IMG/VR virus record: IMGVR_UViG_3300032241_001905
Span: 1 to 63,442 of that record
From: a virus
Taxonomy: Duplodnaviria > Caudoviricetes
DNA: 63,442 nucleotides
Strand: one strand, 5' to 3'
Made by a program: the position numbers and the translations under genes. Positions 10,648 to 19,451 of the stretch are shown one piece after another; positions within the stretch are counted from its first letter, which is position 1; the number at the start of each line of letters is the position of its first letter. The notes under the pieces are model-generated. The model searched no databases and had not been told where the DNA came from. It saw only the letters and a list, made by a program, of their open reading frames with translations.

Positions 10648-11379
10648 ATGTACTTTAAAGAACCACTTTTACCTACTGATAAAGATAATTTATTTTATCT
10701 AGCACCTATTCCTGTTTATATGAAAATGTTTGATGATGATATTTCTGATCAAGCATTTGATCTAGGATTAGAAGTATTAAGTGAAAAACAAAAATTAATG
10801 GGTCAAGAATTACCTGATCAATATGATGAGGAAAGACAATCTACTTATAATGTAAATTATAATAAAAGAAATATGTGGGTTGAAAAAACGGAATATAATC
10901 CAATAGGAAGTAGATTTTTTACTCCTCCAAATCGATTTATAGAAAGAACAGAGGATTGTGTTAAGGTAATTAAACAAAGATGTATAAATGGCTTTAATGA
11001 ATTACTAGATGGAATAGGACTAGAACATAACTACAAACCAAATATTTCAGAAAGCTGGATCCAATATTACAATGCAACTTCAGGTAGAGGTCATAACCAA
11101 CATAATCATTGTGATTGGAATGCAATAGGAGCAGAACCACTGTCGTTTGTTGGTGGATACTATTTGAATGATGGCGAACCAATAAATGATCACCCTTATA
11201 GTGGAGCGTTATGTTTTCATATAAGAGGAATGTCTTATTTTATTAAGCCTAAAAAAGGAATGTTATTAATTTGGCCTTATGATATTATCCACTCAGTAAA
11301 ACCTTTTTATGGTAAGAGTGATAGATGTGTTATTAATTTTAATATTAGTGGTTTTCCAAAAGCTACAAAGTTAGTATAA
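10648..11379 (+). CDS. Putative 2OG-Fe(II) oxygenase
   Basis: HNQHNH..GGYYL..GMLLIWP..IHSVKP..DRCVINFN (HxH..H..R). Confidence 0.8.
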   Translation: MYFKEPLLPTDKDNLFYLAPIPVYMKMFDDDISDQAFDLGLEVLSEKQKLMGQELPDQYDEERQSTYNVNYNKRNMWVEKTEYNPIGSRFFTPPNRFIERTEDCVKVIKQRCINGFNELLDGIGLEHNYKPNISESWIQYYNATSGRGHNQHNHCDWNAIGAEPLSFVGGYYLNDGEPINDHPYSGALCFHIRGMSYFIKPKKGMLLIWPYDIIHSVKPFYGKSDRCVINFNISGFPKATKLV

Positions 11380-12125
11380 TGAAATTAATATGGACATACA
11401 ATGATTCTCCTGTTAGTTTAGAAAACGATGATTATAGAAAAATAATTAGAATTAATTTAGCTATTCAATCAATTAAAGCAGCAAAGGGATTAGGTTATTT
11501 TACTTCAATGTACTGTAATAAAGAATCTGCAAATTATTTTATAAAATTTGTAGATGAAATAAACATATTAGAACAATATGATACTCCTTTTTGGGATTGT
11601 TTTAAAATTGATGTATTAGAAAAAGAAACTGGGGAATTTTGCTTAATAGATGGTGACATTATTCTACACAACAGATTACCTGAGTTTACAGAAGATTTAG
11701 TAATTGATTCTTTTGAAAGAAGAACTTGTAAACGATATTACGACTTATTTGATATCATAGATACACTGAATATAAAAAAATATGTTAAAGATTGGGTAAA
11801 CGATAAAAAACTTTTAATTATAAATCATGGAATCATGTATTTTAAAAATGAAAGTTTTAAACAAATATATTTGGAAAATTGGAAAAATTATGGTATCTTT
11901 GTAACTAATAATAAAGACAATATTGATGACATGGTTTACGCAAGTTTAACAAGTCAATATATATTAAGTATTTTAGTAAAAAAATATAGTATAAATGTTA
12001 AAGCATTATCACATTCAATACTAGAAAAAAATGATTACTATATACATTATGCGGGTGACAATAAATTTACAAATCCAATAGTACCAACTAACTACATAAT
12101 TTCAGATAGTAAAGTATTAATATGA
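11379..12125 (+). CDS. DUF6734-like / GT-A-fold-like protein
   Basis: WDCFK..CLIDGDIIL (DxD), YIHYAG; tandem paralog of the next gene. Confidence 0.5.
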   Translation: MKLIWTYNDSPVSLENDDYRKIIRINLAIQSIKAAKGLGYFTSMYCNKESANYFIKFVDEINILEQYDTPFWDCFKIDVLEKETGEFCLIDGDIILHNRLPEFTEDLVIDSFERRTCKRYYDLFDIIDTLNIKKYVKDWVNDKKLLIINHGIMYFKNESFKQIYLENWKNYGIFVTNNKDNIDDMVYASLTSQYILSILVKKYSINVKALSHSILEKNDYYIHYAGDNKFTNPIVPTNYIISDSKVLI

Positions 12126-12880
12126 GGTTAATTTGGACATATGATAGTAAAGGATTTTTACATGATTCTCATAAAGATAGAAGAACTATTTTATTGAATT
12201 ATTACATGCATTCTATAGAAACTGCAAAAAAATTTGGTTACTATACTATAATGTATTGCGACTTAGTTCATATGGATTTATTTAAAAACTTAGTTGATGA
12301 AATACACATATTGGAAAATTATGAAAATTCACCACTATGGGACAGTTTTAAGTTTAAAGCATTAGAAGATCAAGAAGATGATAATTATTGCTTAATTGAT
12401 GGTGATGTTATTCTACATGCCAAACTACCTGAATTGGATACTGATGTTATTTTTGATTCATGGGAAGTATTAAATTGGAAAAGAGAATATAAAAACACAA
12501 TAGATAAATTAACAAAATTAAACATAGCGGATCATATAAAAGAATGGAATTATAAACAAATACCCATAATGTGTTGTGGTATTTTAAATATAAAAACAAA
12601 AATAAATAGGTTAATTTATATCAATAATTGGAAAGTATTTAACAATTTTGTAAAAGAAAATATTGAACAAATAGACACAGACTATGCAACCGCAGTGGGA
12701 GCACAATATTTACTAACTTTAATAACTAAATACAATAATTTTACTTATAAAAACTTATGTGAGCAATTTGGTGAGAATGGTAATTACTACAAACACCACG
12801 CAGGTATCATAAAATACAAAGCACCCATTGTTCCTACTGATCGTTTAATAGGTAAAATGCAAAAAAAAGATATATTTTAA
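12122..12880 (+). CDS. DUF6734-like / GT-A-fold-like protein
   Basis: WDSFK..CLIDGDVIL, YKHHAG; paralog of the previous gene. Confidence 0.5.
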   Translation: MRLIWTYDSKGFLHDSHKDRRTILLNYYMHSIETAKKFGYYTIMYCDLVHMDLFKNLVDEIHILENYENSPLWDSFKFKALEDQEDDNYCLIDGDVILHAKLPELDTDVIFDSWEVLNWKREYKNTIDKLTKLNIADHIKEWNYKQIPIMCCGILNIKTKINRLIYINNWKVFNNFVKENIEQIDTDYATAVGAQYLLTLITKYNNFTYKNLCEQFGENGNYYKHHAGIIKYKAPIVPTDRLIGKMQKKDIF

Positions 12881-12901
12881 ATATTTATAAAAAATAAACT
12901 C

Positions 12902-14758
12902 ATGAAAGGAACATTTTTCTCGGCGGACTTTGCAACGGATAAAGACGAAAACTTAAGACTAATAGAAATAAATACAGATACGGGCATGGTTGCTTCTCAA
13001 ACAACATCGTTTGACTGGAGTGATTTTATTAATGTATTAAGTGGCTCAAATTTAACACAAGTAGATGTAGTTTATAAAACAGAATTACAACAAGTTATAA
13101 TAGACAATTTATCTCAATCGTTAGCACTAGATGCCCCTTTTGTTACAACATTTAATCCGGTTGTTGTTCCTGGAGATTCAATATTCCCTACAGCACCTGC
13201 TGAAAATGGCTCTAATTTTGTATTAAGAATGGCATATGATGAAACATCCATATTAGATTCTGAATATGCTGCTGGCACATTAAATTTATTAACATTATTT
13301 GCTGATAACAGTGATACAGGATCAATTGTTAATTTCTACCATTCTTCTTCTGTTCATGGGTATTATAACACATTAAATACATCAATCATAAATGGAGATG
13401 CGTTACCTGATATTGTTACTAAAACAATAGTAGAAAACCATTTACCACATAGTTTCTATAAAATAGGTAACTCAACATCTGCTTCAGTTGATAGATACAA
13501 TAATTTTATTTCAACAGTTGCAACACAAGATTTAATTTTAGAACAATACCATTTAAATCAATCACAGATGGATGTGAATCAGATTAATAGTATTCGTTCG
13601 TTTCAAATTGTATATGGTGATAATTTAGATTTATGTTATGTTGCACAATATGAAATTCCATCTGTATTCACTTTACCTACCTCTATAAATTATGATGATA
13701 CACAGATTAGTAATTTAATAGATAGTAAACATTATTATGAATACGCAAGCAATACTATTAAAAACCAAAATCACGGAGTATTAGGAGATGAATTAGTAGT
13801 AGATGTAACAGGCAGTGCAGTAGAAATACAAAATTTATCTATTGGAGATACTTATCAAAGTTGGTATATAAATGGCTTACCTGAAACTGATGATTATAAT
13901 GTTTTAGATGAATATTACATTACAGGATCTTCTTTACCATCCGGATCATATTTAACAGCATCTGTTTGTGATTACTTATATAATTCACCTACTTATGCAA
14001 ATGATATGACACGTATTACATTTGTAAATGGTAATGAAATTTTTATTGGTGGTGAAACTAGAATGCTAGTTTATTCAAACTCAAACAATGAAATGCACTA
14101 TGTAAGAGTTGTTGATTTAGATACAACATATTCCGTATTAGGTGAAAATGGTAGTTTAAACCAAATAAGTGCAATTGATGTTGTAATATTTAATGAACCA
14201 CAAAATGTGTGGGTACCAAGTATGGATCCATATGATAACTTTGTTTTAGAAAGTGGTAATTTTTTAACTTTTTATATTACACACAATTCTGGTATATCGG
14301 GTTCATGTTTTCCAAAAGGAACAAAAATATTAATGGCTGATGGTAGTTTAAAAAATATAGAAGATATTGAAATTGGTGATGAAGTTCTTTCCTTTAATGA
14401 ACAAACATTAAAAATTGAAGCTAAAAAAGTAATTGGGTTAAAAGCTCCAATACATGACGATTTAGTTAAATACCATTTCTCAAATGATACAGATTTAATT
14501 TGTACTTTTGATCATCCTATTTACACAAATGGCTTAGCATTATCATCATTTATCCCAGAGTGGACAAATAATAGATATGATATTAATAAAACCGTTGTAA
14601 AAATAAAAACAGGAGATATGGTTAGATTATCAACAGGTAGCATGACTGCAATTAAAGAAATAGAAATATTAAAACCTGAAGATACTCAAACACATATTAT
14701 TACAGTAGAAGATAATCATAATTTCTTTGCAAACAATATTTTAGTACACAACAAATAA
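12902..14758 (+). CDS. Circularly permuted ATP-grasp-like domain fused to two tandem Hint (intein-like) domains
   Basis: N-terminal SADF..LIEINTD; Hint-1 GVLGDELV..EIQNLSIGD...DNF..ITHN; linker SGISGS; Hint-2 CFPKGTKI..IEDIEIGD..TFDHP..HNFFANNILVHNK. Confidence 0.75.
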   Translation: MKGTFFSADFATDKDENLRLIEINTDTGMVASQTTSFDWSDFINVLSGSNLTQVDVVYKTELQQVIIDNLSQSLALDAPFVTTFNPVVVPGDSIFPTAPAENGSNFVLRMAYDETSILDSEYAAGTLNLLTLFADNSDTGSIVNFYHSSSVHGYYNTLNTSIINGDALPDIVTKTIVENHLPHSFYKIGNSTSASVDRYNNFISTVATQDLILEQYHLNQSQMDVNQINSIRSFQIVYGDNLDLCYVAQYEIPSVFTLPTSINYDDTQISNLIDSKHYYEYASNTIKNQNHGVLGDELVVDVTGSAVEIQNLSIGDTYQSWYINGLPETDDYNVLDEYYITGSSLPSGSYLTASVCDYLYNSPTYANDMTRITFVNGNEIFIGGETRMLVYSNSNNEMHYVRVVDLDTTYSVLGENGSLNQISAIDVVIFNEPQNVWVPSMDPYDNFVLESGNFLTFYITHNSGISGSCFPKGTKILMADGSLKNIEDIEIGDEVLSFNEQTLKIEAKKVIGLKAPIHDDLVKYHFSNDTDLICTFDHPIYTNGLALSSFIPEWTNNRYDINKTVVKIKTGDMVRLSTGSMTAIKEIEILKPEDTQTHIITVEDNHNFFANNILVHNK

Positions 14759-14763
14759 TTTTT

Positions 14764-14913
14764 ATGGCAACAATAGATAAAACAATATACAAAGCAATTT
14801 CACTACAGGATTCTAAAAATAGACCTCTTACTCCATTAACGGATACACAAAAAACTAAAGTGCATCAAGTAATTACTAACTTTATAATTTATATGAAAAA
14901 TAAACATTCATAA
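14764..14913 (+). CDS. 49-aa hypothetical protein (MATIDKTIYK...), not in ORF track
   Basis: Open frame filling the gap between the Hint gene and the oxygenase. Confidence 0.6.
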   Translation: MATIDKTIYKAISLQDSKNRPLTPLTDTQKTKVHQVITNFIIYMKNKHS

Positions 14914-14916
14914 ATT

Positions 14917-15462
14917 ATGCTTTTATATAATGGAGTTATATTGACAAAAGACGACTGTGATTATCTTTTAAGTATTGATAATAATTTTAGAAAATCTTCA
15001 TTAAGAGATAACTTACACGGAGTTATTAGAGATGATGTTTATAATGATAATAAAAGAAAATCAACACAATTATCTGGTCAGATATTAAAAGGGGATAGAA
15101 TATATAAAAAAATAGAAGAAATAGTTAATAATACTGATTTTAAATTAACAGGTGATTATTTGTGGTATGATGTTATTAAATACAAAAAAGATGATTTTAT
15201 ATTTAAACATCAAGATAGAGATGAAAATAGATTTATGATCTGTGCTGTACAATTAAGTGACACGGATGACTATAGTGGTGGTGATTTCAAATATTGGATT
15301 GGTGATACTGAAAATGTTCTGAATAGAAATAAAGGTTATGGTATTTTATTTAAACCCGATATGTACCATGAAGTTACAAAAATAGAAGATGGTGAAAGAC
15401 ATTCTTTTATTATATTCATTCCTTTAGAGTCGTTAACTAAGAAAAAACCTTCATTATTTTAA
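14917..15462 (+). CDS. 2OG-Fe(II) oxygenase, prolyl-4-hydroxylase-like
   Basis: HQD, QLS..DYSGGDF, YHEVTKI..GERHS. Confidence 0.88.
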   Translation: MLLYNGVILTKDDCDYLLSIDNNFRKSSLRDNLHGVIRDDVYNDNKRKSTQLSGQILKGDRIYKKIEEIVNNTDFKLTGDYLWYDVIKYKKDDFIFKHQDRDENRFMICAVQLSDTDDYSGGDFKYWIGDTENVLNRNKGYGILFKPDMYHEVTKIEDGERHSFIIFIPLESLTKKKPSLF

Positions 15463-15537
15463 ACAAAATATGATATAAAATTTGGTTGTTTCTATTTTCT
15501 TGTATATATTTATATCAAACAACAAAAAATCAAAATC

Positions 15538-15765
15538 ATGGGATTATTTACATTTATTAAGAATCTTTTCGCAAAAGCAGAAAACATTGAAAAGCAATTT
15601 GAATCACAAGTTGATACATTTGTGGCTGACGTTAAAAAAATAGACGCTGAAGTAAGCGCTGAAATTTCAACTGGTATTGCTAAAGTAAAAAAAGTTGAAG
15701 CTGATGCTAAAGCAACAGTAGAAAACGTTGAAGCTAAAGTTAAAAAAGCAATTAAAAAGAAGTAA
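15538..15765 (+). CDS. Hypothetical Ala/Lys-rich helical protein
   Basis: ORF with highly-expressed-type codons, downstream of an ATATTTAT motif. Confidence 0.6.
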   Translation: MGLFTFIKNLFAKAENIEKQFESQVDTFVADVKKIDAEVSAEISTGIAKVKKVEADAKATVENVEAKVKKAIKKK

Positions 15766-15996
15766 TTGAACAAGTTAGTAGAGATAGCTAAAGCTTGGAT
15801 CATCGCGGCTAACCCCGATCCAAAACAAAAAGCATTGGCTGAAAGCCGAGCAAGCATTTGTGAGGAATGTCCTTACAATGCTTATGTTAAGCATTTAAAT
15901 CTACACTACTGTGACAAATGTGGATGTCCTTTAGATAAAAAAATATTTTCACCCGCAGGCCCAAATGCATGTCCAGATGGACGTTGGGAAAACTAA
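15766..15996 (+). CDS. Small Cys-rich (zinc-binding) protein
   Basis: RASICEECP..CDKCGCPL..K..CPDGRW; TTG start. Confidence 0.65.
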   Translation: MNKLVEIAKAWIIAANPDPKQKALAESRASICEECPYNAYVKHLNLHYCDKCGCPLDKKIFSPAGPNACPDGRWEN

Positions 15997-16006
15997 AATA
16001 AAGACT

Positions 16007-16279
16007 ATGGCAGAAAATCAAGTATTAACAGCAGAAGAATTACAGTCAATTAAAGACTTACAACAACAGTACAACAAACTTGTGTTTGATTTAGGTAGTG
16101 TTGAAGCACAACTTCAAAACAACTTATTAAACCAAAAGTTAATTGAAACTGAAAAAGCTAACACCTTATCTGATATTCAGAAATTAGGTGAAAAAGAAAA
16201 AGAATTAGTTACTACGTTACAGGAAAAATATGGTGCTGGAAACATCAACATAGAGACCGGTGAGATAACTCCTAATTAA
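16007..16279 (+). CDS. Hypothetical coiled-coil protein
   Basis: Heptad pattern; ends YGAGNINIETGEI; ATG at 16007. Confidence 0.65.
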   Translation: MAENQVLTAEELQSIKDLQQQYNKLVFDLGSVEAQLQNNLLNQKLIETEKANTLSDIQKLGEKEKELVTTLQEKYGAGNINIETGEITPN

Positions 16280-16362
16280 TTATAGGCTTCTGCGTTTTAT
16301 ATGTATCTGTAGATATTTATTGCTAGGTAATCCAAACAACAAAATAAAACAATACATATAAA

Positions 16363-18075
16363 ATGGCAGAAGTAATTCTTTCTCCTGGTGTATTCCAGAT
16401 TGAATCTGATCAAAGTATATACACAACAGCTCCTGCAGCTTTAGGCGCGGCAATTGTAGGTCCTACAGTAAAGGGCCGTCCTTTCGTACCAACGTACGTT
16501 ACAACACTTAACCAATATTTATCGATTTTTGGCGATATATTTAATAGTGGTAGTTACTACTATGAATATTTAACGTCTCAAGCAGCGAAAGAATATTTTA
16601 GCAATGGTGGTCAATCATTGTTAGTTACTAGAATCATTAGTGGTTCAAGTAATGTTAGTACTTATGCTACTTCTAACATCCCTGCATTTATATCTGCATC
16701 AACATCATTTCAATTAGAAACATTGTCATGGGGTGATCAAATGAATAACAGTGGTAGTGAAGTTAGTGGTGCTTTAGCTAGCGGTTCTTCAATGAACGTA
16801 CGCTGGGAAGTAACTAACGTAAATACAGGTAGCGGTACATTTGCTATTACAATACGTCGTGGTGATGATAGTAACTCTCAAAAGAACATTTTAGAAACAT
16901 GGTCTAACTTAAGTTTAGATCCATTATTACCTAACTATGTTTCTCGTGTAATTGGTGATTTAAAACCAGTATATACTGCAGCAACTGCAACAAGTAATGC
17001 TTACATTACTTATGTAGGTACTTATCCAAACGCATCACAATATGTTCGCGTTTCTTCAGTTCCAACTCCAAACGTTAATTCATTAGATAACAACGGATAC
17101 TTTAAAGCAAGTTTATATAGTGGTAGCTTACCAGTAATTGGTAGCGGTTCATTCTTTGGTGGTGTAGCTGATACAACTAACCAAAAATTAATGAATGAAA
17201 ATATCACTTCAACTAATATTCAAGGGTTTGCACCTTCAGATTATCAAACAGCATTAGCTTTATTAACAAACAGAGACGAATATCGTTACAACGTATTATT
17301 AGCTCCAGGTGTTGGTTTAGATAACGCAGCTGCTTCAACATTAGTATCAACAGTAGAAGGTAGAGGTGATGCAATCTCAATTACAGATGCTGGTGTATTT
17401 GGTACAGCTCCAGTTACAGCAACTACAAACGCTGCTGGTTTCTCAAGTAACTACACAGCTACTTATTATCCTTGGGTTCAATTATACTCAAGTGGTTTAG
17501 GTAAAGCAGTATGGTGTCCTCCATCTACAGTAATTGGTGGTGTATTAGCATTCAACGACCAAGTAGGTGCTGAATGGTTTGCTCCAGCTGGTTTAAACAG
17601 AGGTGGTTTACCAAGTGTAGTACGTGCAGAACGTAGATTACAACAAACAGATAGAGATACATTATATAGCGCTAACGTTAACCCATTAGCTACATTCCCT
17701 GGAACAGGTGTTGTAGTTTGGGGTCAAAAGACATTACAACGTAAAGCTACAGCATTAGATAGAGTAAACGTTCGTCGTTTATTAATCGCTTTAAAATACT
17801 ATATTGGAAATGTTTCTCGTACATTAGTATTCGAACAAAACACTACAGTAACTAGAAATAGCTTTTTATCTAAAGTTAATCCATACTTAGAATCAGTAGT
17901 ATCTAAACAAGGTTTATATGCTTACAAAGTAGTAATGGATGATTCAAACAATACAGCTGATGTAGTAGATAGAAACCAATTAGTAGGTCAAATTTACATT
18001 CAACCAACTAAGACAGCTGAATACATAATCTTAAACTACAACATTCTTCCAACTGGTGCTACATTCCCTGCATAA
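16363..18075 (+). CDS. Contractile tail sheath protein (gp18-like)
   Basis: SPGV N-terminus, WFAPAGLNRG, VWGQKTL, DRVNVRRL, P..TAEYI. Confidence 0.95.
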   Translation: MAEVILSPGVFQIESDQSIYTTAPAALGAAIVGPTVKGRPFVPTYVTTLNQYLSIFGDIFNSGSYYYEYLTSQAAKEYFSNGGQSLLVTRIISGSSNVSTYATSNIPAFISASTSFQLETLSWGDQMNNSGSEVSGALASGSSMNVRWEVTNVNTGSGTFAITIRRGDDSNSQKNILETWSNLSLDPLLPNYVSRVIGDLKPVYTAATATSNAYITYVGTYPNASQYVRVSSVPTPNVNSLDNNGYFKASLYSGSLPVIGSGSFFGGVADTTNQKLMNENITSTNIQGFAPSDYQTALALLTNRDEYRYNVLLAPGVGLDNAAASTLVSTVEGRGDAISITDAGVFGTAPVTATTNAAGFSSNYTATYYPWVQLYSSGLGKAVWCPPSTVIGGVLAFNDQVGAEWFAPAGLNRGGLPSVVRAERRLQQTDRDTLYSANVNPLATFPGTGVVVWGQKTLQRKATALDRVNVRRLLIALKYYIGNVSRTLVFEQNTTVTRNSFLSKVNPYLESVVSKQGLYAYKVVMDDSNNTADVVDRNQLVGQIYIQPTKTAEYIILNYNILPTGATFPA

Positions 18076-18124
18076 GGGATTGTAGTTCCTAATATTTATT
18101 AATAGATAAAAACACACATATAAA

Positions 18125-18610
18125 ATGCCAGTATTAAGCCCTAACGAAATCATGTTTACCGCGTTTGAACCAAAGGTTCAGAACCGTTTCATGATGTATA
18201 TCGATGGTATTCCAGCATACTTAATTAAAAAGGCTAGCGCTCCTGGATTTGACGCTGGCGAAGTAGTATTAGATCATATTAACGTTTACCGTAAAATTAA
18301 AGGTAAAGTTAAGTGGAATGATATGACATTAGAATTATACGATCCAATCACTCCAAGTGGTGCTCAATCAGTAATGGAATGGGCTCGTTTGGCTCACGAA
18401 TCAGTAACAGGCCGTGATGGTTATTCTGATTTTTACAAGAAAGATTTAACATTAGATATTTTAGGTCCAGTAGGTGATGTAGTAGGTGAGTGGATAGTTA
18501 AAGGTGCCTATGTTAAAACAGCTACTTTCGGTGATTACGATTGGGCTAGTGAATCATATATCGCATTAGCAGTTACAATCGCTATGGATTATTGCGTCCT
18601 CAATTTTTAG
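18125..18610 (+). CDS. Tail tube protein (gp19-like)
   Basis: Follows the sheath; NRF..GK..W.DMT..YD..YKKD..LGP.G..W...GAY. Confidence 0.88.
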   Translation: MPVLSPNEIMFTAFEPKVQNRFMMYIDGIPAYLIKKASAPGFDAGEVVLDHINVYRKIKGKVKWNDMTLELYDPITPSGAQSVMEWARLAHESVTGRDGYSDFYKKDLTLDILGPVGDVVGEWIVKGAYVKTATFGDYDWASESYIALAVTIAMDYCVLNF

Positions 18611-18648
18611 ACTTAATTAAAAAAATAGCGATCCAAGTCGCATCTTTT

Positions 18649-18684
18649 AACCCTCTCGTATATTTATTAGTATACAAGAGGGTT
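18649..18684 (+). promoter_or_regulatory. Translation-blocking hairpin with embedded putative late promoter, upstream of endonuclease
   Basis: aaccctct-c-gtata / tatac-a-agagggtt stem; ATATTTAT at 18660-18667. Confidence 0.65.
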
Positions 18685-18689
18685 TCTTT

Positions 18690-19439
18690 ATGCTTAAAAA
18701 AGACAAAATAATACAAGACAAATATAATGGTATTCACCCAACATGCCAATGTGGGTGTGGTCAACAAACACGCTATGAACCTAATAAAAAGGATTATTGC
18801 AAGTGGATAAGTGGACACCAATCACGTGTAGCTAGTCATTTTGGTGACCCCAAATCTGAAAAACGTGTAAATGCTATTATAAGTACCCGTAAAGCTAAAT
18901 TCGCCTCAGGTGAATACAACCACATATTAGATAAAGTATCACAGAACCGATCTGAAGAAACCAAACAAAAAATTAGTGAAGGAGGTACAGGCGTGTCTCG
19001 CCCTAAAGCTGATGGGTTTGGAATTGGTAGAGTACATAGCCAGGCTACTAAAGATAAAATGAGTAAAACCGCTATCAAAAATATATTAAAAGATGGTAAA
19101 AATAGACGTTCTAAATTAGAATATTTTTTTGAAGGAATATTAGTGTCTTTAAATATAGATTATACTCATTCGTATTATGTAGAAAGTATAAATAAAATAT
19201 ATGATTTTTACCTTCCTAAATATAATATACTGATTGAGGTAGACGGAGATTTCTGGCATTGTAATCCTCAAGAATATGATGTACCTTTATGTAAAACTCA
19301 ACATATTAATATAGAAAATGATAAATTTAAGTCACAATGGGCATTAGATAACGGCTATACATTGTTGCGCTTTTGGGAAAATGATATCAACAATAATATT
19401 AAACAAGTTAAGCAAACATTACTAGAACATTGCAATTAA
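18690..19439 (+). CDS. Free-standing homing endonuclease, Vsr/DUF559 (EDxHD-like) with NUMOD3-like repeats
   Basis: CQCGCG, SEETKQKIS, HSQATKDKMS, YDFY..IEVDGDFWH..LRFWE. Confidence 0.82.
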   Translation: MLKKDKIIQDKYNGIHPTCQCGCGQQTRYEPNKKDYCKWISGHQSRVASHFGDPKSEKRVNAIISTRKAKFASGEYNHILDKVSQNRSEETKQKISEGGTGVSRPKADGFGIGRVHSQATKDKMSKTAIKNILKDGKNRRSKLEYFFEGILVSLNIDYTHSYYVESINKIYDFYLPKYNILIEVDGDFWHCNPQEYDVPLCKTQHINIENDKFKSQWALDNGYTLLRFWENDINNNIKQVKQTLLEHCN

Positions 19440-19451
19440 ATATTTATAGCT

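Noticed and set aside
14306-14758. Hint-2 as a conventional mobile intein
   Set aside because: It has no endonuclease domain and no C-extein (HN-K-stop), so it cannot splice two exteins; it fits a BIL/Hedgehog-type autoprocessing domain.
15538-15996. Stop-codon read-through joining the two in-frame ORFs (TAA directly followed by TTG)
   Set aside because: TAA is a poor read-through codon and TTG after an A-rich tract is an adequate start; there is no other support.
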